NCBI RefSeq assembly: GCF_963921235.1
Contig: NC_086097.1
Coordinates: 96,908,001-96,972,000 of the forward strand
DNA: 64,000 nt
Origin: Mobula hypostoma
Lineage: Eukaryota
Reading direction: 5' to 3'
The position numbers and the translations under genes were made by a program. Of the stretch, positions 12,786 to 24,886 are shown piece after piece. Every line of letters starts with the position of its first letter. The stretch's first letter is position 1. The notes beneath the pieces are model-generated. The model did not search any database. It was not told the DNA's origin and saw nothing but the letters and a program-made list of their open reading frames with translations.

Positions 12786-14021
12786 TTAACAGCTCGATAC
12801 AGCCATTCCAAATTTCCGCTTTTCCTTTCCCCGTCTCCTTCCTTGGGGCAAAGCACCTGGACGCAAAGTGTCCGACTTTCCCACAATTATAACAGACGAC
12901 CCCAGGAGACTTCCTACTCCCTGCTCCCGGTCTACCTTATCCTTTCCACTAGTCCCCGGCTTACTTTCTGACTTTTCCGGCGGACTCTCCCCTCCGTCCT
13001 GACTACCCTTCTGGTAGCCTTTACTCGGGGCAAACTTCATTTTATGCGTCAACGCATACTCATCCGCTAACTTAGCAGTTGCGGCTAACGTGGCTGCCTC
13101 TTTCTCATCGAGGTAGGGTCTCATACCCTCAGGGACACAACCTTTAAACTGCTCAATCAGAATCAGCTGCAGCAGTCTGTCATAATCCCCCTCTACCCCT
13201 TTCGAGGCGCACCAACGCTCACAATACATCTGCATCTCACGAGCAAACTCCAAATACGTGCGGTCCCACTGCTTCCTCGCATTCCGGAACCTCTGCCGGT
13301 ATGCCTCCGGGACCAACTCATAAATCCTGAGGATGGCCTCTTTCACCACCTCATACTTCTGGGCATCTTCCGCGGACAAAGCTGAGTAAGCTTCTTGGGC
13401 CTTCCCTTTCAGTACACTCTGAAGTAAAACAACCCACTTATCCCTCGGCCAGTCCTGACTTATAGCCACTTTTTCGAAGTGGAGGAAGTACCGATCCACG
13501 TCGGTAACGTCAAATGGGGGAACCAGCCTAACCTCCTGGGTCGCCCGGAACCCTCCACTTTGGTTCGGCACGAGCCCCTGCTCGGCCCTTATCCTTAACT
13601 TTTCCAACTCGAATTCCCTTTCCCTCTGTTTCTCCTCTCTCTCCAACTGTCTCTCTCTCTCTTTCCTTTCCATCTCTTTCTCTTTCTCCCGCCTTTCTAA
13701 CTCTCTCTCCTGCCTTTCTAACTGCTTCTCTTCGTGTTCTAACTGCCGTACCCGGAACTCGTGCTCGAGTCTCAGTTTTTCAAGCTGTACCTGTACCGCG
13801 TCTCCAGCAGGTTTTTCAATAGACACCACCTCCAGCTCACCTTGGGGAAACACACCTTTAGATACATAGTGCTCTACAATAGCTCTGTGTATCTCCTCTC
13901 TCCTCATTGTCGACTTCACCTTAGCAAGATTCAACCGTTTGGCCACAGCTATCAATTCCGATTTCCTGGCATCCTCTAATGCCTCCAAGGTCGGCGCCTT
14001 TATAAATTCCTCAGCCTCCAT
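12786..14021 (-). CDS. Gag with coiled coil and SCAN/capsid-like domain
   Basis: E/R-rich coiled coil, RLVPPF, YELVPEAYRQRFR and LILIEQFKGCVP...AAKLADEY-like SCAN motif. The frame shifts before the CCHC knuckle at ~12900-12935. Confidence 0.88.
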   Translation of the reverse strand: MEAEEFIKAPTLEALEDARKSELIAVAKRLNLAKVKSTMRREEIHRAIVEHYVSKGVFPQGELEVVSIEKPAGDAVQVQLEKLRLEHEFRVRQLEHEEKQLERQERELERREKEKEMERKERERQLEREEKQREREFELEKLRIRAEQGLVPNQSGGFRATQEVRLVPPFDVTDVDRYFLHFEKVAISQDWPRDKWVVLLQSVLKGKAQEAYSALSAEDAQKYEVVKEAILRIYELVPEAYRQRFRNARKQWDRTYLEFAREMQMYCERWCASKGVEGDYDRLLQLILIEQFKGCVPEGMRPYLDEKEAATLAATAKLADEYALTHKMKFAPSKGYQKGSQDGGESPPEKSESKPGTSGKDKVDREQGVGSLLGSSVIIVGKSDTLRPGALPQGRRRGKEKRKFGMAVSSC

Positions 14022-14120
14022 TTCTGCTGTTTGTCTTTTCTTTCTTTCGGGAATTTTAACCCAATCAATTTACTCCGTCCCAAATTTAGCGTTCAAAATC
14101 GCGGACGAGAACCCCACTTA

Positions 14121-14978
14121 TGTTACGTACCCCGTAACTGGGTTGCCAAACCAGCAGAAATGGATCACTCTGTTGGAGTCTGGAGTACTAGAACTAAGAA
14201 AGTTTTATTAAAGAAACAAGCAACACAGTAATCGAAAGGATAATAAATGCAACAGTTCAGCGATGATAAACACACATGTGCACAGAATTAAGATAACAGC
14301 ATCAATCAAGCTCTATCGTTGTCTAGGGGTAAATGACCAAATTTCAAAATGACTCAAAGTTCAGTCCAGTTCAGTTCGCAGTAATCGTTGTCATGGCGAT
14401 GGACAACGTGGGGGAAGAGAGAGATAGAACAGGAACAACTGATCATTCAGAACACTGCTTCACTCACAGACCGGCGAGATTGCTCACAAGCAACTTTTTT
14501 GGGCGGGTCCTTGGTGATGTCACCTGAGGTCACCGACTGTGACCCCTCCTCCAGATGCGGTCGATCCTCTGCAGTGAACCCGGCACCCAGGCAAGGGCGG
14601 ACACACACCGGGTTCCCGCTGATCGTACCTTTCCACCCCGGGCGTTGTCTGATACTTCTCACCCACTCGTGAGAGGCGCACCGCTTCCAGGGTCTCGTTA
14701 CCTCGGGTGGCGTGTGTCCTGCCTTAGCGAACCTGTCCCTTTTTATCCCCCTGCTGGGGTATCGCCTGTCCATCACTTCAAACAGTTCAGGGTTCAAAGG
14801 GGGGAGCCGCTCCAGACAGCTCTCTCTCTCCCCCGTTCCTTCATTACACATCTCCAGACGCTGCTCCATTGTTCCTTATCTCTCCTTCCCCTGAGGGCAG
14901 GTGGCAGACCAACTGCTGATGCCACTGATGCTAGCCCAGGCCAGCAAACATCTTAATTTTATGTGTATTCTCGTAACA
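14121..14978 (-). repeat. 5' LTR of Gmr1-like element
   Basis: Direct repeat of 10139-10994 with an adjacent PBS. Confidence 0.95.
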
Positions 14979-15293
14979 CATGTTAAATGCTTTCTCTAGA
15001 ACATGATCCACTTTTAGGGAATTGTGGACTTGGATTCCCAGAGTGCTCCATCCATTAGTGCTGTCAAAGATTCCTGCCATTAACTACACAGTTTCCCTGT
15101 AAATCTGATGTTCCCATGTTGAACTGGCATGTAATTCTACATCCAGAAGCCACTATCTCAGTTACAGGCTATTTGGTTCTCAATGAATGGAGTGCAGCAA
15201 ATTCAGGAGGTGATAAGTTAGAGCGTGAGAGAGGCATGGAAAATGCAAGAGGGTCAATGCCATGATTGACATTAGCAAGGATTAGCTCCAGAG

Positions 15294-15369
15294 CAGAGGT
15301 TTCTAACCATTTTCATGCCCTGGGCCAATACCATTAAGCAAGGCGGGGTGTTCCAGGTTGTGAACTCTG
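15294..15369. mobile_element. Small hAT (Charlie-like) MITE
   Basis: Imperfect TIRs cagaggtttctaacc / ggttgtgaactctg, with an 8-bp TSD ctccagag / ctcgagag resembling the NTCTAGAN target consensus. Confidence 0.7.
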
Positions 15370-15818
15370 CTCGAGAGAGAGAAATTGTCTGGGGGGTGTC
15401 CAGCTACATCAGGGTACTGAAGGTGGGTGAAAGAGACCCAGTTTACAGTGAAGGATTATATCCACAGAATTGGGCATGGAAGAAGTGATAGTAGAAGTAG
15501 ATTTCAATGACATTTTGGGCTCAGAATTCAATGAGATGGAAATCCAGGGGAATAAAGCTGAGGCCTCTCCTGAGGACTGATTCTTCCACATCAGAGACAG
15601 GATGATCAGAAGGGATGGGGCGCAGAGTGAGGGATGTGATCTGAGGAAAGTGATGGGACGGACATCCAGAGGGCTATTGAAATGCATGAACTGATGGGGT
15701 TTAGAATCTCTGACATCTGAAAAGAAGATGTTTACTGCAGCACCGAATGAAGTGAATTATAAAGTGAAACTGTGGATGAAAACAGCTTTGAGATAAAGTC
15801 TGTCAGTACTCTACAAAG

Positions 15819-17562
15819 CCATAAGACCATAAGATATAGGAGTAGAATTAGGACATTTGGCTCATTGAGTCTGCTGTGCCATTTCATCATAGTTGATCCA
15901 TTTTCTTTGTCAGTCCCAGTCTCCTGCCTTCTCCCCTTATTCCTTCATGCCATGACTGATCAAGAATCTATCAATCCTGCCTTAAATATACCCAATGACT
16001 TGGCCTCCACAGCTGCCTGTGGCAACAAATTCCACAGATTCACCACTCTCTCCATTCTAAAAGGATGCCCCTCTATTCTAAGTTTGTGTTCTCTGGTCTT
16101 AGACTGCCCAGCATAGATAACGTCCTCTCCACATCCACTCTACTGAGGCCTTTCAACATTCAATAGGTTTCAATGAGGTCACCCCTTGTACTTCTGAATT
16201 CCAGTGAGTGCAGGCCCAGAGCCATCAAACTCTCTTCATATGACAAGCTATTCAATCCTGGAAGTATTTTCATGAACCTCCTTTGAACTTTGTCCAGTTT
16301 CAGAATCTCTTTTCTAAAATAAGGGGCCCAAAGCTGTTCACAATAGTCCAAGTTAAGCCTCGCCAGTACTTTATAAAGCCTCAAAATTGCATCCTTGCTT
16401 TTATATTCTAGTCCTCTTGAAATGAATGCCAACATTGCATTTGCCTTCCCCACCACCAACCTAACCTGTAAATTAAACTTTAGGGAATCCTGTACAAGGA
16501 CTCCCAAGTCCCCTTGCACTTCTGATTTTTGATTTTTCTCTCCATTTAGAAAGTAGTTTACCTGTTAACTTTGCCCAAAGTGCATGACCGCACATCATCT
16601 GCTATTTCTTTGCCCTTTTTCCTAATCTATCCTTCTGTAGCCTCTTAATTTGCTCAAAAGAACTGCCACTCCAGCTATCTTTGTATTGTCTGCAAACCTG
16701 GCCACAAAGCGATCAATTCCATCTTCCAAATTATTGATATATAACAAAAAGTATCGGTCCTAACACAGACCCCTGTGGAACACCACTTGCCACTTGTTAT
16801 TATTGCCATACTTCGCCCCTTGACAATCAGCCACTGCTTTGTCCATGCTGGAACCTTTCTTGTAATTCCATGGGCTCTTAACTTGTTAAGCAGCCTTGTG
16901 TAGCATCTTGTCAAAAGCCTTCTGAATATACAATGCACAACTTCTACCCATTCTCCTTTGTCTATTCTGCTTGTTATTTCTTCAAAGAATTCCAACAGAT
17001 TTATCAGGCAAGATTTGCTTGAGGAAACCATGCCTACTACGGCCTATTTTGTCATGTACCCCAAACCCTTATCCTTAACAATTGTCTCCAAAATCTTCCC
17101 AACCAAGGAGGTCAGACTAAATGGCCTGTAATTTCTTTTCTTCTGTCTCTCTTTTTCCTGAAGAGTGGATGTGATATTTGCAATTTTCCATTCCTCCAGA
17201 ACCAAGCCATAATCAAATGATTCTTGAAAGATCATTACTAATCTCTTCAACCACCCCATTTAGAACCCTGAGGTGTAATCCATCTGGTTCAGGTGACCTA
17301 TCTAGCGTCAGATCTTTTTGTTTCCCAAGCACCTTCTCCCTTGTAATGATAACCTCATATACGTCTGCCCCCTGACACTCTCAAACATCCAGCATACAGA
17401 TCATGTTTTTCACGGTGAAGACTGGGGCAATATATTTTTTCAGTTCTTCTGTCATTTCCTTATCTCCCATTACTACCTCTATAGCATCAATTTCCAGTGT
17501 TCTGATTTCTACTATCACTTCTTTTTTTGCACTTTCTGTATCTGAAGAAACTTTTCGTATCT
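15819..17562 (-). mobile_element. Decayed CR1 LINE (RT region to 3' tail)
   Basis: Broken ORFs with KSCLINLLEFFEE and LYKVLARLNLDYC. (ccataaga)n tail at 15819. Confidence 0.88.
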
Positions 17563-17672
17563 TCCACCCGAGACAATAACTTTGTTCTCATCCCACAGAT
17601 GTGCCCTGATCTGTTGAACGTTTCAGACATTTTTGATTTTTAACTCAGATTGCCAACATCTGCAGTATTTTT

Positions 17673-18425
17673 CCCTTACCACCATTCAGGGCCCCAAACA
17701 ATCCTTCCAGGTGAGGCAACACTTCACCTGTGAGTCGACTGGGGTGATATACTGCATCCGGTGCTCCCGATGTGGCCTTTTATATATTGGCGAGACCCGA
17801 CGCAGACTGGGAGACCGCTTTGCTGAACATCTACGCTCTGTCCGCCAGAGAAAGCAGGATCTCCCAGTGGCCACACATTTTAATTCCACATCCCATTCCC
17901 ATTCTGACATGTCCATCCACGGCCTCCTCTACTGTAAAGATGAAGCCACACTCAGGTTGGAGGAACAACACCTTATATTCCGTCTGGGTAGCCTCCAAAC
18001 TGATGGCATGAACATCGACTTCTCTAACTTCCACTAAGGCCCCACCTCCCCTCGTACCCCATCTGTTACTTATTTTTATGCACACATTCTTTCTCTCTCT
18101 CTCCTTTTTCTCCCTCTGTCCCTCTGAATATACCTCTTGCCCATCCTCTGGATCCCCCCCCCCTTGTCTTTCTTCCCGGACCTCCTGTCCCATGATCCTC
18201 TCGTATCCCCTTTTGCCTATCACCTGTCCAGCTCTTGGCTCCATCCCTCCCCCTCCTGTCTTCTCCTATCATTTTGGATCTCCCCCTCCCCCTCCAACTT
18301 TCAAATCCCTTACTCACTCTTCCTTCAGTTAGTCCTGACGAAGGGTCTCGGCCTGAAACGTCGACTGTACCTTTTCCTAGAGATGCTGCCTGGCCTGCTG
18401 CGTTCACAAGCAACTTTGATGTCCA
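17673..18425 (+). mobile_element. Penelope-like element 3' fragment with intact GIY-YIG endonuclease segment
   Basis: HFTCESTGVIYCIRCSRCGLLYIGETRRRLGDRFAEH (GIY-YIG), followed by a pyrimidine-rich tract and a hammerhead motif. Confidence 0.92.
18331..18366 (+). ncRNA. Minimal type I hammerhead ribozyme in Penelope pseudo-LTR
   Basis: agtc-CTGACGA-agg(gtctcgg)cct-GAAA-C-GTC-gact: stem I agtc/gact, core CUGANGA and GAAA, stem II agg/cct, palindromic ACGT stem III, GUC cleavage triplet. Confidence 0.8.
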
Positions 18426-19765
18426 CGCAAATAATTGTTTCTGGATTAAAGCTCTAATCAGTGTTGCTGGTATCTCTCCAGATGCAAACCAAAGCGTGGA
18501 CAAATATTGTAGCAGTGAACCATTTAAATAAAATTTAAAGGACATATGGGGAATAGCCTTGAAGATGGACCTTTGATTCTAGTTACCACAAATCAAAGGG
18601 GAAAATTGCTGGGAGTTTAAATTGGCTTGTATGATTTGCAGAGATGTTCTGTGTCGAAGCTCTTCTAACAGTCTTCTTCAACTGTAGGTGTTGTCTTGAA
18701 TGATTCTCATGTTGGACATTGATAACGTAAGATGCCTTAGGCCTGCCTCCCTGGTTTGGTGCTGCGACAGGGGCTGGGGAAGCTGCGTAGCCTCGGTTGT
18801 AGTGAGGATTAAGCCTCAAGTCATGGGTCAGGAGAGGAGACACTGGAGCGGTGCAGCGTGGTGCCTGTGCTCGGATGGGGGCTGGCCTCTCCTGTCAGTG
18901 CTGCCATCCAGTGTTCAATTGGTGGAATGACAGGCTGGATTGCCGTGACACTGCTCAGAACTGTACCATCAATTTGCAGGACAGGCCATTCAGGGTCTTG
19001 GGCTATATATGTGTATTTTTTGATGACTATGTTTCTTTCTTACTATTTTGACTCACTGTGTACGTTTGCATCCTGATCTCAGAGGAGCACTGTTTTGTTC
19101 GGCTGTATCCATGTATGGTTGAATGATAATTAAACTTGAATTTGATTTGATTTGACAATAAACCGATTGCTAATTTAAACTTTAGAAACCTCTGCTACAG
19201 GAACTGTGGGATCTTTATGAGACAAATGGTAGTTATGGGTATGATTGGGGGATGTTTCCTTCAGTGTGCAAGGTTTAGAAATACTCATCGCTATTTAAAA
19301 AGTACTCTCTGTGTAACAAGATCTCCCCCATCTCTATTAGCTCCATGCATAGTTGACCACATTGATCCTAACGAAGACCTATTTTGTATCAGATGGTCAG
19401 TCAGGACAGAGTGAGAGGTTCCTTTACCCAGAAAGTGACAATTACTTTGGAATTCTGAGGGCTGTGGAGGTTCAAACACTGAATGTGGTCAGGACAGAGA
19501 CACATATAATCTTGGAAATTGAGAGAATTGTGCAAAATAGGTTCAGGAGAGTTAATTGGAGTTTCAGTGACAGATCGGCTATAATTTGGGCAGCACATAG
19601 GGTAGTGGTTAGCACAATGCTTTACAGTACCAGCAACTGCTCGATTCCCGCCACTGTCTATAAGGAGTTTCTACATTCTCCCCGTGACTGCGTGGTTTCC
19701 TCTGGGTGACCTGGTTTCCTCCCACAATACAAAGATGTACTGGTGGGTAGGTTAATCATTCATTG

Positions 19766-22179
19766 TGTGACAGGGTCATGAATTACCCCTATGAACTGTG
19801 CTTTTGAAAAGAGAGAGAGAGAGAGAGAGAGAGAGCATTATTTAACACTGACATCTTGTTTTTAAGAGAGAGAGGGATGAAGACTACTCACAGTTGGTTT
19901 ATATTTTCCCAAGGACATTGCCTGCTTATACGTTCTTACAGACAGAGAAGGGAGTTGAATGACAGTTGGTACTTAATACAGGGAGATAAATAGAAGATCA
20001 GATGATAGACCTGAGACACATGATTTGGACACTGAATGAGCTTTGTTGTGCCCACAGAAAAGTTGGTTTTTGGTGGATCGATCAGTGGCTCTTGCAGTGT
20101 GAAGAGTGTGTGACTGTTGGGGAGTTATTTGTGTGTCAAACCCTCACCTGTGTTGATAGCTCCAGTACAGAAGAACGGTCCCCTTTGTTGTGGTCACAGT
20201 CGGTGACTTCTAAAGGATTTCGGAGGACAACGGGAAGATCGATGGCATCAGCTCACCTGAAGACTCAAATTTCTCTCTCTCCATCACTACTCAACTCAAT
20301 AGCACAAACATAAATGAACTTTACTCATCATCGTAAGACTGTATCTATTAATCCCTAGACTTGAAGAAGGGTTTTCATGTATTTCCACACTTACTGATAT
20401 ACTTACTTATAGATTAGATTATGAGGACACTCAGTCCTCGTTTATTGTCATTTAGAAATGCATGTATTAAGAAATTATACAATGTTCCTCCAGGATGATA
20501 ATCACAGAAACACAAGACAGACCAAGACTAAAACTGAAAAAAACCACATAATTATAACATATAGTTACAACAGTGCAAAGCAATACCGTAATTTGATAAA
20601 GAACAGACCATGGCCACGGTAAAAAAAAGTCTCAAAGTCCCGATATCCCCAACATCTCATGCAGATGGTAGAAGGAAGAAACTCGCCCTGCCGTGAGCTT
20701 CCAGCGCTGCAAACTTGCCAATGCAGCATTCTGGAAGCACCCGACCACAGTCCGACTCTGAGTCCGTCCGAAAACTTCGAGCCTCCGACCAACCCTCCGA
20801 CACCGAGCACCGAGCACCATCTGTGCCGAGCGCTTCGACCCCGGCCATACCTGTCAGGTTGAGGGGAAACTTAATCAGGTTAATCAAGTAACATCACTTA
20901 AACCGATGTCTGCTTTTGGTGAACCTTTGTCTAGGGTCATAGTGGATTGTGTCGGCCCATTGTTAAAGACTGCAGCTGGTTATCAGTATCTGTGAACAAT
21001 TATGTGTGCTGTGTCTAGGTTCCCTGAAGCCGTGCCTTTTGGAAACATCAAGGCCAAGACTGTGGTACTCAATTCAATACCACGAACTGAACTGAACTTT
21101 ACTCATCATCGTAAGACTGTGTCTACTTACCCTGTCACGTGACCGGCAGCAATGAATATCAAATTGAGACAGGTTATATTAAACAAACACAAACATTTAT
21201 TAAACTCTGCTCAACAATAGCAGAAAATATATTCAAACGACTCACTTAACCGAAAGTTAACTGCTATACGGCAACTCTGGAACAGTTCTTAAAAGGGTAA
21301 ATGCAAAAACAGTTCTTAAAGTGGTAGAGTCCAAGTGATTTACACAATCAATAAGGAGAGACTTCTCTGGAGAAGGATTTCTTTATAGACGCAACATTTC
21401 TGCTGGTTCTGTCCAAAGGATTCACGATGAAGGAAATAAACGGCTTAAAAAGAACTGACCTTTTTCCTGGCAAGTGAACCCTGCACAAACTTCCTTGCTC
21501 TTTTGGCAGGAGTTATCTCAGATACAAGTCACTACTTCTTGACCAAAGACTCAATAAGGTCGATCCTTTATGAAACTGCCCAGCGACACCAACTTTTCTC
21601 AATCCTTCGGGTCCTGTACTTTGATAACGATCTTCACTCACTGATACTAAATTGCAAAGGTAAAAGTAAAACAAAAACCTAGCAGCTATTATCGAATCTG
21701 CCAGCACAAAGGTTCTACCATAAAATAGAAAGCAAAACTTCGATTTAAAAACGAAGGGCATCATAAGACGAATACGCAGCATAACGGAGTAACACATGGA
21801 GCAAACAACAACTCAGCTGAAACTAAACTGCGTCACACCAGCGGTCTCCTTTATATACCTGTTGAGAACAGGTCATCATGTGACCTCACTGGCGGGAAAA
21901 TTACATCATGTGACCTCCTCAAAATCATTACATCATCCTCATAAGACAGTCACAAGGTATGTAATAACCCCTAGACTTGAAGAAGCTTGGTTTTCATATA
22001 TTTCTACACATACTGATATACTTACTTATATATAATCATTGCTAACCTGTTTTGACTTATCTGCGTTTATATTACTGTATTGCGTAGTTACTAATAAATA
22101 CCATTAGTTAGTAGCAACACTGGACTCAAGGTGTTTTCCATTTCTGCTGGTTCTTTAACTCATCACGGGGTACGTGACA
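19766..22179 (+). mobile_element. Deleted Gmr1-like provirus (partial LTRs plus integrase fragment)
   Basis: TGTGACA...GTGACA ends with TSD ATTG on both sides. An LTR segment (actcaa...gaactttactcatcatcgtaagactgt) is present twice (~20290 and ~21070). Integrase core fragment at ~20850-21065 (VIVDCVGPL..T..GYQYL*TIMCAVSRFPEAVP). Confidence 0.85.
21133..21966. mobile_element. Solo LTR of a different family nested in the LTR above
   Basis: TGTCAC...GTAATA ends, TSD ACCC on both sides, and the host LTR resumes at ctagacttgaagaag. Confidence 0.75.
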
Positions 22180-23219
22180 ATTGTAAATTGTCCCATGATC
22201 AGGCTAGGGTTAAATTGGGAGTTGCTGGGTAGTGTGGCTTGAAGGGCCAGAAGGAGCTAATCCACACTGTATCTCAGTGAATGAATCAATAAATAGATAA
22301 TAAATAAATCAATAACCGTATTGAATGATGGAACAGGTTTGAGGGGCTGAATGGCCTACTCCTGCCTCTATTTATATTTATCTGTTGCTGCACTTCAGTT
22401 TTCGGGGCTGCGGGTGTCAGGATACAGACCTGGAGAGTGACGGAGTCAGCATTTGGGAATAAAGATGTCAGTTATATTATTCTGTGGAATATGTTTCAAT
22501 TCCAAAAAGCATATTTTGCAGAGCTATCTGTAATTTTTAGACGGATGTAGAGTGAGAGGGTAGGGTGGGATGGCTGCAGAAAGGGAATTGGATAACAGCC
22601 CCTGATCACATTGGACAGTCAGACGGGATCAAGTCCGTCTGGTTGTGAGATGCTTTGTTTTCAGACAAAGAGGGGAGAAACTACCTAACGTCCTGATGGC
22701 CACCTTTGTGTGTTGCTGCATCAAGATATGAGCAGAAATGAAGAACGCGAACACCAAGTATCTCTAAGTGCTGAGATTATACACAACCCAGATGTTGTGA
22801 AAGGTGGGTCAGGCCTCATCACTGGGTAATATTCCATTCAGTTGGACTTCTCCACGTTACCTGGCACTACCTTACCTAATTGTAAAGTTTCTGCAGAAAT
22901 TCACCCTGACCATAAATCACTGGCATGGCATGTCGTGCAGGAATTGTGGGAGAAGGACAGAATGGATCCTGTGGGGTAGCTGGCCTAGCAGACTGTCCAT
23001 ACTCTCCAGTAGAATGTCTCATCACCAGAACTCACCAACAAGCACAAAGACCTTGCCTGACTGGCACTGAGAGGGGCCTCCTATCAGATCCTTCCTGTAT
23101 GGTCAGAGACTCACTCCTTCCACACAAGCCTCAAAATGGTTGCAGTGGAGACAATCACCCACTTTGTCATGGACTATGGAAAAGCTAGCAAAGGTCCTTC
23201 TCGAGATTCATCCTGATTA

Positions 23220-23630
23220 AAGTTCAAAGTATATTTATTATCAAAGAACATAAATGTTACCATGTACAAACTCGGGATTCATTTCCTTGCGGGCATACAC
23301 AGTAAACCTGTAATGGAATAATAATCAGAGGCAATGACAGACCGCATCAACCTGAACATTCAACCAGTGTGCAAATGACAACAAACTCTTCAAATACAAA
23401 AAGAAAGAAATAGTAAACAAATAAGCAATGAATATCAGGAACATGAGATGAAGAGCCTTGAGAGTGAGCCCATCGGTTGTGGGAGCATTTCAATGATGGG
23501 GCAAGTGAATTTGAGTGAAAATCTCCCCTTTGGTTCAAGAGCTTGATGGCTAAGGGGTAATAACTGTTCCTGAACCTGGTTCCTGAGGAACCTGAGGTTC
23601 CTGTACTTTCTTCCTGATGGCAGCAGCTGA
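23220..23630 (-). mobile_element. Rex/Babar-like LINE 3' fragment
   Basis: aaagttcaaagt tail, with tgttcctgaacctggt and cctgatggcagcag homologous to 55935-56300. Confidence 0.6.
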
Positions 23631-24886
23631 TCGATTCCAGGTCAAAAGCATCAAGTCCTGCTGAAAGATCTTCAGCTCAGTGACAATTACTCTTTGGTTT
23701 GCCCAAAACTTTTTGTTCTTCCAGTAGACAGATGTCCATCAGGGAATGCTGCCAACTGGCACATTCCTGGCTGCAAGACGGCATGCCAAAGGATGCTCTG
23801 AAACTTGGTGCAGCCAATGCAAAGACTCTGTGAGGAAAGACCAACATCTGAGGGACTGGATCTGATGCACAAATCCCCCACAGATGCCTTGTTGAAGCAA
23901 GAAACATGGCTGGTGTTGAAATAATGTGAACTAATTTATTGAGTTGATGGTACAACGAACGTAGTTTCTCCACACACACATGAAGAACAGGAGGATGACT
24001 AGACGGAGGGTAGGAACGATATGGGATGAAAGAGGAAACATGATACTGGAGTTAGAGGAGGCGGGGGAGAATCTCGGTGAATATTTTGCTTCAGTAGGGA
24101 CCAGTGAGAGGGATGTGAGGACAGCATTAAACAAGCTAAAAAGCTGGAACGTGTTGACATTCAGAAAGAGGATGTGCTGGAGATCATCAGGATAGATAAT
24201 ACCCCGTGGCTAGATGGGATATACTCCAGGTTACTACAGGATATGAAGGTAAAGATTGCTTTACCTTTGGCCATGATCTTTGCATTCTGAATTGCCACAG
24301 GAATAATACCAGAAGATTGGAGGGTGGCAAATATTATTCTTTTGTTGAAGAAAGGTAACAAAGATAACCTTGAGTATTAAAGACCAGTGAGTCTTAAATC
24401 AGGGATGGGCAAAATATTGGAGCGATTTCGCAAAGTCGGGATTTGTGAGCATTTGGAGAAGTATAGTCTGATTGGGCAGAGTCAGCATGGTTTTGAGCAG
24501 GACAGGTCAGACCCCATGAGCCTGTCTGACATGCGTGAGGAACAGACAAAACAGGTGGAAGGTAGAATGGTGGATATGATATATATGGATTTTGGTAAGG
24601 TGCTCAGCAATGTTCCCCATAGTAGGCTCATTCAGAAAATCAGGAGGTAGGGGATCCAGAGAAACTTGGCTGTGTGGATTCAGAATTGGCTTGCTCACAG
24701 ATAGAGCATGTTCTGCCTGAAGGTCTGTGACTTGTCATCTCCGAGCATCCGCTCATGGACTCCTGCTCTTAGTGATTTTTATCAATGACTTTGATGAGGA
24801 AGTGGAAGGGTAAGTTAGTAAGTCTCCAGATGACACGAAGCTTGGCAGTGTTGTGAAGACTGTACAAGGTTGTCTGTTGTAGCTTG

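Larger units (their letters stand above)
10139..14978 (-). mobile_element. Gmr1-clade Gypsy LTR retrotransposon, internally deleted
   Basis: LTRs 10139-10994 and 14121-14978 (TGTTAC...GTAACA), near-identical by eye. 4-bp TSD CATG on both sides. tRNA-Pro-like PBS (TGGGGTTCTCGTCCG) next to the 5' LTR and PPT aaaggggggaag next to the 3' LTR. Inserted into an old minus-strand CR1. Confidence 0.96.
19588..22310 (+). mobile_element. tRNA-derived SINE split by an LTR element insertion
   Basis: The SINE head (19588-19765) resumes seamlessly at 22180-22310 (cattg|taaattgtcc). Compare the uninterrupted copy at 7155-7422. Confidence 0.8.
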
